Positions 1-12,700 are shown, counted from the first letter of the stretch. The stretch: 64,000 nt of DNA from Antedon mediterranea (GCF_964355755.1 NC_092678.1:9980352-10044351); one strand, 5' to 3'. Notes: a model not told the origin generated them from the sequence alone. Made by a program: numbers and translations.

Positions 1-52
1 TGTGCTCTTTGATGTTTTTGTGTAACCAAGTTTCATCGAAATGAACAAAATG

Positions 53-140
53 GTCTAAAACGTCTCCAAATGCGATTTGAAGCTTTTCCAAGCACTTTGC
101 TGTTTTTATGTTAACAAGTTTTTTCGAAAATCACAAAATT
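53..140 (+). repeat. Example class A monomer (88 bp): GAAGCTTTTC(C/T)AAGCAC...TATGTTAACAAG
   Basis: Spacing between conserved boxes is 88 bp; carries AAGCTT, TGTTAACA and TTTTCGAAAA palindromes. Confidence 0.9.
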
Positions 141-227
141 GTCTAAAACGTCTCAAAATGCGATTTGAAGGTATTCTGAGCACTTTGGTGTTTTTGTGTG
201 AAAAGTTTTAACGAAAAGCTCAAAATG
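141..227 (+). repeat. Example class B monomer (87 bp): TCTCAAAATG...GAAGGTATTCTGAG...GTGTGAAAAGTTTTAACG
   Basis: 87-bp spacing; diagnostic GGTATT and TTTTAACG; almost always followed by class C. Confidence 0.9.
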
Positions 228-304
228 GTCTAAAACGGTTCTAATGTGATTTTAAGCACTTTGATGTTTTTGTACAACCAAGTTTCATCGAAATGCTCAA
301 AATG

Positions 305-391
305 GTCTAAAACGTTTTTAAAACGATATTAAGCTATTTTGTGCTCTTTGATGTTTTTGTGTAACCAAGTTTTTTCGAAAATCACAAAATG
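305..391 (+). repeat. Example class F monomer (87 bp): CGTTTTTAAAACGATATTAAGCTATTTTGTGCTC
   Basis: 87-bp spacing; divergent 5' half with overlapping dyads. Confidence 0.9.
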
Positions 392-566
392 GTCTAAAAC
401 GTCTCCAAATGCGATTTGAAGCTTTTCTAAGCACTTTGGTGTTTTTATGTTAACAAGTTTTTTCGAAAATCACAAAATGGTCTAAAACGTCTCAAAATGC
501 GATTTGAAGGTATTCTGAGCACTTTGGTGTTTTTGTGTGAAAAGTTTTAACGAAATGCTCAAAATG

Positions 567-644
567 GTCTAAAACGGTTTCTAATGTGATTTTAACCACT
601 TTGATGTTTTTGTGTAACCAAGTTTTTTCGAAAATCACAAAATG
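567..644 (+). repeat. Example class C short monomer (78 bp; 77 bp in the GGTTCTA variant): CGGTTTCTAATGTGATTTTAAGCAC
   Basis: 78-bp spacing (567 to 645); lacks the 10-bp segment found in classes A, B, D and E. Confidence 0.9.
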
Positions 645-820
645 GTCTAAAACGTCTCCAAATGCGATTTGAAGCTTTTCTAAGCACTTTGGTGTTTTTA
701 TGTTAACAAGTTTTTTCGAAAATCACAAAATGGTCTAAAACGTCTCCAAATGCGATTTGAAGATATTCTGAGCACTTTGGTGTTTTTCTGTTAAAAAGTA
801 ATTTCGAAAATCACAAAATG

Positions 821-907
821 GTCTAAAACGTCTCCAAATGCAATTTGAAGCTATTCTGTACACTTTGATGTTTTGTGTGAAAAAGTTTTGTCAAAATGCT
901 CAAAATG
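821..907 (+). repeat. Example class E monomer (87 bp): GAAGCTATTCTGTACAC...GTGTGAAAAAGTTTTGTC
   Basis: 87-bp spacing; TGTACA diagnostic; followed by F (or the F-like heads of G/H). Confidence 0.9.
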
Positions 908-3900
908 GTCTAAAACGTTTTTAAAACGATATTAAGCTATTTTGTGCTCTTTGATGTTTTTGTATAACCAAGTTTTTTCGAAAATCACAAAATGGTCTAA
1001 AACGTCTCCAAATGCGATTTGAAGCTTTTCTAAACACTTTGGTGTTTTTATGTTAACAAGTTTTTTCGAAAATCACAAAATGGTCTAAAACGTCTCCAAA
1101 TCCGATTTGAAGCTATTCTGTACACTTTGATGTTTTGTGTGAAAAAGTTTTGTCGAAATGCTCAAAATGGTCTAAAACGTTTTTAAAACGATATTAAGCT
1201 ATTTTGTGCTCTTTGATGTTTTTGTGTAACCAAGTTTCATCGATATGAACAAAATGGTCTAAAACGTCTCAAAATGCGATTTGAAGGTATTCTGAGCACT
1301 TTGGTGTTTTTGGGTGAAAAGTTTTAACGAAATGCTCAAAATGGTCTAAAACGGTTTCTAATGTGATTTTAAGCACTTTGAAGTATTTGTAAAAACAAGT
1401 TTCATCGAAATGCACAAAATAGTCTAAAACGTCTCCAAATGCGATTTGAAGCTTTTCTAAGCACTTTGGTGTTTTTATGTTAACAAGTTTTTTCGAAAAT
1501 CACAAAATGGTCTAAAACGTCTCCAAATGCGATTTGAAGATATTCTGAGCACTTTGCTGTTTTTATGTTAACATGTTTTTTCGAAAATCACAAAATGGTC
1601 TAAAACGTCTCAAAATGCTATTTGAAGGTATTCTGAGCACTTTGGTGTTTTTGTGTGAAAAGTTTTAACGAAATGCTCAAAATGGTCTAAAACGGTTCTA
1701 ATGTGATTTTAAACACTTTGATGTTTTGTGTGAAAAAGTTTTGTCAAAATGCTCAAAATGGTCTAAAACGTTTTTAAAACGATATTAAGCTATTTTGTGC
1801 TCTTTGATGTTTTTGTATAACCAAGTTTTTTCGAAAATCACAAAATGGTCTAAAACGTCTCCAAATGCGATTTGAAGATATTCTGAGCACTTTGGTGTTT
1901 TTATGTTAAAAAGTTTTTTCGAAAATCACAAAATGGTCTAAAACGTATCCAAATGCGATTTGAAGCTATTCTATACACTTTGATGTTTTGTGTTAAAAAG
2001 TTTTGTCGAAATGCTCAAAATGGTTTAAAACGTTTTTAAAACGATATTAAGCTATTTTGTGCTCTTTGATGTTTTTGTGTAACCAAGTTTCATCGAAATG
2101 AACAAAATGGTCTAAAACGTCTCCAAATGCGATTTGAAGCTTTTCCAAGCACTTTGCTGTTTTTATGTTAACAAGTTTTTTCGAAAATCACAAAATTGTC
2201 TAAAACGTCTCAAAATGCGATTTGAAGGTATTCTGAGCACTTTGGTGTTTTTGTGTGAAAAGTTTTAACGAAAAGCTCAAAATGGTCTAAAACGGTTCTA
2301 ATGTGATTTTAAGCACTTTGATGTTTTTGTACAACCAAGTTTCATCGAAATGCTCAAAATGGTCTAAAACGTTTTTAAAACGATATTAAGCTATTTTGTG
2401 CTCTTTGATGTTTTTGTGTAACCAAGTTTTTTCGAAAATCACAAAATGGTCTAAAACGTCTCCAAATGCGATTTGAAGCTTTTCTAAACACTTTGGTGTT
2501 TTTATGTTAACAAGTTTTTTCGAAAATCACAAAATGGTCTAAAACGTCTCAAAATGCGATTTGAAGGTATTCTGAGCACTTTGGTGTTTTTGTGTGAAAA
2601 GTTTTAACGAAATGCTCAAAATGGTCTAAAACGGTTTCTAATGTGATTTTAACCACTTTGATGTTTTTGTGTAACCAAGTTCTTTTCGAAAATCACAAAA
2701 TGGTCTAAAACGTCTCCAAATGCGATTTGAAGCTTTTCTAAGCACTTTGGTGTTTTTATGTTAACAAGTTTTTTTGAAAATCACAAAATGGTCTAAAACG
2801 TCTCAAAATGCGATTTGAAGGTATTCTGAGCACTTTGGTGTTTTTGTGTGAAAATTTTTAACGAAATGCTCAAAATGGTCTAAAACGGTTTCTAATGTGA
2901 TTTTAACCACTTTGATGTTTTTGTGTAACCAAGTTTTTTCGAAAATCACAAAATGGTCTAAAACGTCTCCAAATGCGATTTGAAGCTTTTCTAAGCACTT
3001 TGGTGTTTTTATGTTAACAAGTTTTTTCGAAAATCACAAAATGGTCTAAAACGTCTCCAAATGCGATTTGAAGCTATTCTGTACACTTTGATGTTTTGTG
3101 TGAAAAGTTTTAACGAAATGCTCAAAATTGTCTAAAACGGTTTCTAATGTGATTTTAAGCACTTTGATGTTTTTGTAAAACCAAGTTTCATCGAAATGCA
3201 CAAAATGGTCTAAAACGTCTCCAAATGCGATTTGAAGCTTTTCCAAGCACTTTGGTGTTTTTATGTTAACAAGGTTTTTCGAAAATCACAAAATGGTCTA
3301 AAACGTCTCCAAATGCGATTTGAAGCTTTTCCAAGCACTTTGCTGTTTTTATGTTAACAAGTTTTTTCGAAAATCACAAAATGGTCTAAAACGTCTCAAA
3401 ATACGATATTAAGCTGTTTTGTGCACTTTGATGATTTGTGTGAAAAGTTTTAACGAAATGCTCAAAATGGTCTAAAACGGTTTCTAATGTGATTTTAAGC
3501 ACTTTGATGTTTTTATGTAGCCAAGTTTTTTCGAAAATCACAAAATGGTCAAAAACGTCTCCAAATGCGATTTGAAGCTTTTCTAAGCACTTTGGTTTTT
3601 TTATGTTAACAAGTTTTTTCGAAAATCACAAAATGGTCTAAAACGTCTTCAAATGCGATTTGAAGATATTCTGAGCACTTTGCTGTTTTTCTATTAAAAA
3701 GTATTTTCGAAAATCACAAAATGGCCTAAAACGTCTCCAAATGCGATTTGAAGCTTTTCCAAGCACTTTGCTGTTTTTATGTTAACAATTTTTTTCGAAA
3801 ATCATAAAATGGTCTAAAACGTCTCCAAATGCGATTTGAAGCTTTTCCAAGCACTTTGCTGTTTTTATGTTAACAATTTTTTTCGAAAATCATAAAATGG

Positions 3901-4674
3901 TCTAAAACGTCTCCAAATGCGATTTGAAGCTATTCTGTACACTTTGATGTTTTGTGTGAAAAGTTTTGTCGAAATGCTCAAAATGGTCTAAAACGTTTTT
4001 AAAACGTTATTAAGCTATTTTGTGCTCTTTGATGTTTTTGTGTAACCAAGTTTCATCGAAATGAACAAAATGGTCTAAAACGTCTCCAAATGCGATTTGA
4101 AGCTTTTCTAAGCACTTTGGTGTTTTTATGTTAACAAGTTTTTTCGAAAATCACAAAATGGTCTAAAACGTCTCCAAATGCGATTTGAAGATATTCTGAG
4201 CACTTTGCTGTTTTTATGTTAACAAGTTTTTTCGAAAATCACAAAATGGTCTAAAACGTCTCAAAATGCTATTTGAAGGTATTCTGAGCACTTTGGTGTT
4301 TTTGTGTGAAAAGTTTTAACGAAATGCTCAAAATGGTCTAAAACGGTTCTAATGTGATTTTAAGCACTTTGATGTTTTTGTATAACCAAGTTTCATCGAA
4401 ATGCTCAAAATGGTCTAAAACGTTTTTAAAACGATATTAAGCTATTTTGTGCTCTTTGATGTTTTTGTGTAACGAAGTTTCATCGAAATGAACAAAATGG
4501 TCTAAAACGTCTCCAAATGCGATTTGAAGCTTTTCCAAGCACTTTGCTGTTTTTATGTTAACAAGTTTTTTCGAAAATCACAAAATGGCCTAAAACGTCT
4601 CAAAATGCGATTTCAAGGTATTCTGAGCACTTTGGTGTTTTTGTGTGAAAGGTTTTAACGAAATGCTCAAAATG

Positions 4675-6758
4675 GTCTAAAACGGTTTCTAATGTGATTT
4701 TAAGCACTTTGATGTTTTTGTATAACCAAGTTTCATCGAAATGCACAAAATGGTCTAAAACGTCTCCAAATGCGATTTGAAGCTTTTCTAAGCACTTTGC
4801 TGTTTTTATGTTAAAAAGTTTTTTCGAAAATCACAAAATGGTCTAAAACGTCTCCAAATGCGATTTGAAGATATTCTGAGCACTTTGGTGTTTTTATGTT
4901 AAAAAGTTTTTTCGAAAATCACAAAATGGTCTAAAACGTCTCCAAATGCGATTTGAAGATATTCTGAGCACTTTGGTGTTTTTATGTTAAAAAGTTTTTT
5001 CGAAAATCACAAAATGGTCTAAAACGTCTCCAAATGCGATTTGAAGCTATTCTGTACACTTTGATGTTTTGTGTGAAAAAGTTTTGTCGAAATGCTCAAA
5101 ATGGTCTAAAACGTTTTTAAAAAGATATTAAGCTATTTTGTGCTCTTTGATGTTTTTGTGTAACCAAGTTTTATCGAAATGAACAAAATGGTCTAAAACG
5201 TCTCCAAATGCGATTTGAAGCTTTTCCAAGCACTTTGCTGTTTTTATGTTAACAAGCTTTTTCGAAAATCACAAAATGGTCTAAAACGTCTCCAAATGCG
5301 ATTTGAAGATATTCTGAGCACTTTGGTGTTTTTATGTTAAAAAGTTTTTTCGAAAATCACAAAATGGTCTAAAACGTCTCCAAATGCGATTTGAAGATAT
5401 TCTGAGCACTTTGGTGTTTTTATGTTAAAAAGTTTTTTCGAAAATCACAAAATGGTCTAAAACGTCTCCAAATGCGATTTGAAGCTATTCTGTACACTTT
5501 GATGTTTTGTGTGAAAAAGTTTTGTCGAAATGCTCAAAATGGTCTAAAACGTTTTTAAAACGATATTAAGCTATTTTGTGCTCTTTGATGTTTTTGTGTA
5601 ACCAAGTTTTATCGAAATGAACAAAATGGTCTAAAACGTCTCCAAATGCGATTTGAAGCTTTTCCAAGCACTTTGCTGTTTTTATGTTAACAAGTTTTTT
5701 CGAAAATCACAAAATGGTCTAAAACGGTTTCTAATGTGATTTTAAGCACTTTGATGTTTTTGTATAACCAAGTTTCATCGAAATGCACAAAATGGTCTAA
5801 AACGTCTCCAAATGCGATTTGAAGCTTTTCTAAGCACTTTGCTGTTTTTATGTTAAAAAGTTTTTTCGAAAATCACAAAATGGTCTAAAACGTCTCCAAA
5901 TGCGATTTGAAGATATTCTGAGCACTTTGGTGTTTTTATGTTAAAAAGTTTTTTCGAAAATCACAAAATGGTCTAAAACGTCTCCAAATGCGATTTGAAG
6001 ATATTCTGAGCACTTTGGTGTTTTTATGTTAAAAAGTTTTTTCGAAAATCACAAAATGGTCTAAAACGTCTCCAAATGCGATTTGAAGCTATTCTGTACA
6101 CTTTGATGTTTTGTGTGAAAAAGTTTTGTCGAAATGCTCAAAATGGTCTAAAACGTTTTTAAAACGATATTAAGCTATTTTGTGCTCTTTGATGTTTTTG
6201 TGTAACCAAGTTTTATCGAAATGAACAAAATGGTCTAAAACGTCTCCAAATGCGATTTGAAGCTTTTCCAAGCACTTTGCTGTTTTTATGTTAACAAGCT
6301 TTTTCGAAAATCACAAAATGGTCTAAAACGTCTCCAAATGCGATTTGAAGATATTCTGAGCACTTTGGTGTTTTTATGTTAAAAAGTTTTTTCGAAAATC
6401 ACAAAATGGTCTAAAACGTCTCCAAATGCGATTTGAAGATATTCTGAGCACTTTGGTGTTTTTATGTTAAAAAGTTTTTTCGAAAATCACAAAATGGTCT
6501 AAAACGTCTCCAAATGCGATTTGAAGCTATTCTGTACACTTTGATGTTTTGTGTGAAAAAGTTTTGTCGAAATGCTCAAAATGGTCTAAAACGTTTTTAA
6601 AACGATATTAAGCTATTTTGTGCTCTTTGATGTTTTTGTGTAACCAAGTTTTATCGAAATGAACAAAATGGTCTAAAACGTCTCCAAATGCGATTTGAAG
6701 CTTTTCCAAGCACTTTGCTGTTTTTATGTTAACAAGTTTTTTCGAAAATCACAAAATG
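4675..6758. repeat. 1042-bp tandem duplication, each copy C-(A-D-D-E-F)x2-A, containing a 438-bp 5-mer
   Basis: C monomers start at 4675 and 5717 and A monomers at 4753 and 5795 (offset 1042 = 78 + 2x438 + 88). The AACAAGCTTTTTCG variant sits at the same place in both copies. Confidence 0.85.
4841..4928 (+). repeat. Example class D monomer (88 bp): GAAGATATTCTGAGCAC...TATGTTAAAAAG
   Basis: 88-bp spacing; often occurs in runs of 2-4. Confidence 0.9.
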
Positions 6759-9700
6759 GTCTAAAACGTCTCAAAATGCGATTTAAAGGTATTCTGAGCA
6801 CTTTGGTGTTTTTGTGTGAAAAGTTTTAACGAAATGCTCAAAATTGTCTAAAACGGTTTCTAATGTGATTTTAAGCACTTTGATGTTTTTGTAAAACCAA
6901 GTTTCATCGAAATGAACAAAATGGTCTAAATTGTCTCCAAATGCGATTTGAAGCTTTTCCAAGCACTTTGCTGTTTTTATGTTAACAAGCTTTTTCGAAA
7001 ATCACAAAATGGTCTAAAACGTCTCCAAATGCGATTTGAAGATATTCTGAGCACTTTGGTGTTTTTATGTTAAAAAGTTTTTTCGAAAATCACAAAATGG
7101 TCTAAAACGTCTCCAAATGCGATTTGAAGCTCTTCTGTACACTTTGATGTTTTGTGTGAAAAAGTTTAGTCGAAATGCTCAAAATGGTCTAAAACGTTTT
7201 TAAAACGATATTAAGCTATTTTGTGCTCTTTGATGTTTTTGTGTAACCAAGTTTCATCGAAAATCACAAAATGGTCTAAAACGTCTCCAAATGCGATTTG
7301 AAGATATTCTGAGCACTTTGGTGTTTTTATGTTAACAAGTTTTTTCGAAAATCACAAAATGGTCTAAAACGTCTCCAAATGCGATTTGAAGATATTCTGA
7401 GCACTTTGGTGTTTTTATGTTAAAAAGTTTTTTCGAAAATCACAAAATGGTCTAAAACGTCTCCAAATGCGATTTGAAGCTATTCTATACACTTTGATGT
7501 TTTGTGTTAAAAAGTTTTGTCGAAATGCTCAAAATGGTTTAAAACGTTTTTAAAACGATATTAAGCTATTTTGTGCTCTTTGATGTTTTTGTGTAACCAA
7601 GTTTCATCGAAATGAACAAAATGGTCTAAAACGTCTCCAAATGCGATTTGAAGCTTTTCCAAGCACTTTGCTGTTTTTATGTTAACAAGTTTTTTCGAAA
7701 ATCACAAAATTGTCTAAAACGTCTCAAAATGCGATTTGAAGGTATTCTGAGCACTTTGGTGTTTTTGTGTGAAAAGTTTTAACGAAAAGCTCAAAATGGT
7801 CTAAAACGGTTCTAATGTGATTTTAAGCACTTTGATGTTTTTGTACAACCAAGTTTCATCGAAATGCTCAAAATGGTCTAAAACGTTTTTAAAACGATAT
7901 TAAGCTATTTTGTGCTCTTTGATGTTTTTGCGTTACCAAGTTTTTTCGAAAATCACAAAATGGTCTAAAACGTCTCCAAATGCGATTTGAAGCTTTTCTA
8001 AGCACTTTGGTGTTTTTATGTTAACAAGTTTTTTCGAAAATCACAAAATGGTCTAAAACGTCTCAAAATGCGATTTGAAGGTATTCTGAGCACTTTGGTG
8101 TTTTTGTGTGAAAAGTTTTAACGAAATGCTCAAAATGGTCTAAAACGGTTTCTAATTTGATTTTAACCACTTTGATGTTTTTGTGTAACCAAGTTCTTTT
8201 CGAAAATCACAAAATGGTCTAAAACGTCTCCAAATGCGATTTGAAGCTTTTCTAAGCACTTTGGTGTTTTTATGTTAACAAGTTTTTTCGAAAATCACAA
8301 AATGGTCTAAAACGTCTCAAAATGCGATTTGAAGGTATTCTGAGCACTTTGGTGTTTTTGTGTGAAAAGTTTTAACGAAATGCTCAAAATGGTCTAAAAC
8401 GGTTTCTAATGTTATTTTAACAACTTTGATGTTTTTGTGTAACCAAGTTTTTTCGAAAATCACAAAATGGTCTAAAACGTCTCCAAATGCGATTTGAAGC
8501 TTTTCTAAGCACTTTGGTGTTTTTATGTTAACAAGTTTTTTCGAAAATCACAAAATGGTCTAAAACGTCTCCAAATGCGATTTGAAGATATTCTGAGCAC
8601 TTTGGTGTTTTTCTGTTAAAAAGTATTTTCGAAAATCACAAAATGGTCTAAAACGTCTCCAAATGCAATTTGAAGCTATTCTGTACACTTTGATGTTTTG
8701 TGTGAAAAAGTTTTGTCAAAATGCTCAAAATGGTCTAAAACGTTTTTAAAACGATATTAAGCTATTTTGTGCTCTTTGATGTTTTTGTATAACCAAGTTT
8801 TTTCGAAAATCACAAAATGGTCTAAAACGTCTCCAAATGCGATTTGAAGCTTTTCTAAACACTTTGGTGTTTTTATGTTAACAAATTTTTTCGAAAATCA
8901 CAAAATGGTCTAAAACGTCTCCAAATCCGATTTGAAGCTATTCTGTACACTTTGATGTTTTGTGTGAAAAAGTTTTGTCGAAATGCTCAAAATGGTCTAA
9001 AACGTTTTTAAAATGATATTAAGCTATTTTGTGCTCTTTGATGTTTTTGTGTAACCAAGTTTCATCGATATGAACAAAATGGTCTAAAACGTCTCAAAAT
9101 GCGATTTGAAGGTATTCTGAGCACTTTGGTGTTTTTGGGTGAAAAGTTTTAACGAAATGCTCAAAATGGTCTAAAACGGTTTCTAATGTGATTTTAAGCA
9201 CTTTGAAGTATTTGTAAAAACAAGTTTCATCGAAATGCACAAAATAGTCTAAAACGTCTCCAAATGCGATTTGAAGCTTTTCTAAGCACTTTGGTGTTTT
9301 TATGTTAACAAGTTTTTTCGAAAATCACAAAATGGTCTAAAACGTCTCCAAATGCGATTTGAAGATATTCTGAGCACTTTGGTGTTTTTATGTTAAAAAG
9401 TATTTTCGAAAATCACAAAATGGTCTAAAACGTCTCCAAATGCGATTTGAAGCTCTTCTGTACACTTTGATGTTTTGTGTGAAAAAGTTTAGTCGAAATG
9501 CTCAAAATGGTCTAAAACGTTTTTAAAACGATATTAAGCTATTTTGTGCTCTTTGATGTTTTTGTGTAACCAAGTTTCATCGAAAATCACAAAATGGTCT
9601 AAAACGTCTCCAAATGCGATTTGAAGCTTTTCCAAGCACTTTGCTGTTTTTATGTTAACAAGTTTTTTCGAAAATCACAAAATGGTCTAAAACGTCTCAA

Positions 9701-12700
9701 AATACGATATTAAGCTGTTTTGTGCACTTTGATGATTTGTGTGAAAAGTTTTAACGAAATGCTCAAAATGGTCTAAAACGGTTTCTAATGTGATTTTAAG
9801 CACTTTGATGTTTTTATGTAGCCAAGTTTTTTCGAAAATCACAAAATGGTCAAAAACGTCTCCAAATGCGATTTGAAGCTTTTCTAAGCACTTTGGTGTT
9901 TTTATGTTAAGAAGTTTTTTCGAAAATCACAAAATGGTCTAAAACGTCTCCAAATGCGATTTGAAGCTTTTCCAAGCACTTTGCTGTTTTTATGTTAACA
10001 ATTTTTTTCGAAAATCATAAAATGGTCTAAAACGTCTCAAAATGCGATTTGAAGGTATTCTGAGCACTTTGGTGTTTTTGTGTGAAAAGTTTTAACGAAA
10101 TGCTCAAAATGGTCTAAAACGGTTCTAATGTGATTTTAAGCACTTTGATGTTTTTGTATAACCAAGTTTCATCGAAATGCACAAAATGGTCTAAAACGTC
10201 TCCAAATGCGATTTAAAGCTATTCTAGACACTTTGATGTTTTGTGTGAAAAATTTTCTCGAAATGCTCAAAATGGTCTAAAACGTTTTCCAATACCATAT
10301 TAAGCTATTTTGTGCAATTTGATGTTTTTGTGTAACCAAGTTTTTTGAAATGCGATTTGAAGATATTCTGAGGACTTTGGTGTTTTTATGTTAAAAAGTT
10401 TTTTCGAAAATCACAAAATGGTCTAAAACGTCTCCAAATGCGATTTGAAGATATTCTGAGCACTTTGGTGTTTTTATGTTAAAAAGTTTTTTGGAAAATC
10501 ACAAAATGGTCTAAAACGACTCCAAATGCGATTTGAAGCTATCCTGTACACTTTGATGTTTTGTGTGAAAAAGTTTTGTCGAAATGCTCAAAATGATCTA
10601 AAACGTTTTTAAAACGATATTAAGCTATTTTGTGCTCTTTGATGTTTTTGTGTATCCAAGTTTCATCGAAATGAACAAAATGGTCTAAAACGTTTTTAAA
10701 TACGATATTAAGCTGTTTTGTGCACTTTGATGATTTGTGTGAAAAGTTTTAACGAAATGCTCAAAATAGTCTAAAACGGTTTCTAATGTGATTTTAAGCA
10801 CTTTGATGTTTTTGTGTAACCAAGTTTTATCGAAATGAACAAAATGGTCTAAAACGTCTCCAAATGCGATTTGAAGCTTTTCCAAGCACTTTGCTGTTTT
10901 TATATTAAGTTTTTTCGAAAATCACAAAATGGTCTAAAACGTCTCTAAATGCGATTTGAAGGTATTCTGAGCAATTTGGTGTTTTTGTGTGAAAAGTTTT
11001 AACGAAATGCTCAAAATTGTCTAAAACGGTTTCTAATGTGATTTTAAGCACTTTGATGTTTTTGTAAAACCAAGTTTCATCGAAATGCACAAAATGGTCT
11101 AAAACGTCTCCAAATGCGATTTGAAGCTATTCTGTACACTTTGATGTTTTGTGTGAAAAAAGTTTTGTCGAAATGCTCAAAATGGTCTAAAACGTTTTTA
11201 AAACGATATTAAGCTATTTTGTGCTCTTTGATGTTTTTGTGTAACCAAGTTTTATCGAAATGAACAAAATGGTCTAAAACGTCTCCAAATGCGATTTGAA
11301 GCTTTTCCAAGCACTTTGCTGTTTTTATGTTAACAGGTTTTTTCGAAAATCACAAAATGGTCTAAAACGTCTCAAAATGCGATTTGAAGGTATTCTGAGC
11401 ACTTTGGTGTTTTTGTGTGAAAAGTTTTAACGAAATGCTCAAAATTGTCTAAAACGGTTTCTAATGTGATTTTAAGCACTTTGATGTTTTTGTAAAACCA
11501 AGTTTCATCGAAATGCACAAAATGGTCTAAAATGTCTCCAAATGCGATTTGAAGCTTTTCCAAGCACTTTGCTGTTTTTATGTTAACAAGCTTTTTCGAA
11601 AATCACAAAATGGTCTAAAACGTCTCCAAATGTGATTTGAAGATATTCTGAGCACTTTGGTGTTTTTATGTTAAAAAGTTTTTTCGATAATCACAAAATG
11701 GTCTAAAACGTCTCCAAATGCGATTTGAAGATATTCTGAGCACTTTGGTGTTTTTATGTTAAAAAGTTTTTTCGAAAATCACAAAATGGTCTAAAACGTC
11801 TCCAAATGCGATTTGAAGCTATTCTGTACACTTTGATGTTTTGTGTGAAAAAGTTTTGTCGAAATGCTCAAAATGGTTTAAAACGTTTTTAAAACGATAT
11901 TAAGCTATTTTGTGCTCTTTGATGTTTTTGTATAACCAAGTTTCATCGAAAAGCACAAAATGGTCTAAAACGTCTCCAAATACGATTTGAAGCTTTTCCA
12001 AGCACTTTGCTGTTTTTATGTTAACAAGTTTTTTCGAAAATCACAAAATTGTCTAAAACGTCTCAAAATGCGATTTGAAGGTATTCTGAGCACTTTGGTG
12101 TTTTTGTGTGAAAAGTTTTAACGAAAAGCTCAAAATGGTCTAAAACGGTTCTAATGTGATTTTAAGCACTTTGATGTTTTTGTACAACCAAGTTTCATCG
12201 AAATGCTCAAAATGGTCTAAAACGTTTTTAAAACGATATTAAGCTATTTTGTGCTCTTTGATGTTTTTGTGTAACCAAGTTTTTTTCGAAAATCACAAAA
12301 TGGTCTAAAACGTCTCCAAATGCGATTTGAAGCTTTTCTAAGCACTTTGGTGTTTTTATGTTAACAAGTTTTTTCGAAAATCGCAAAATGGTCTAAAACG
12401 TCTCAAAATGCGATTTGAAGGTATTCTGAGCACTTTGGTGTTTTTGTGTGAAAAGTTTTAACGAAATGCTCAAAATGGTCTAAAACGGTTTCTAATGTGA
12501 TTTTAACCACTTTGATGTTTTTGTGTAACCAAGTTCTTTTCGAAAATCACAAAATGGTCTAAAACGTCTCCAAATGCGATTTGAAGCTTTTCTAAGCACT
12601 TTGGTGTTTTTATGTTAACAAGTTTTTTCGAAAATCACAAAATGGTCTAAAACGTCTCAAAATGCGATTTGAAGGTATTCTGAGCACTTTGGTGTTTTTG

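Noticed and set aside
120-140. CENP-B box-like motif at TTCGAAAATCAC
   Set aside because: Only TTCG matches the NTTCGNNNNANNCGGGN pattern; the A position and CGGG are absent.
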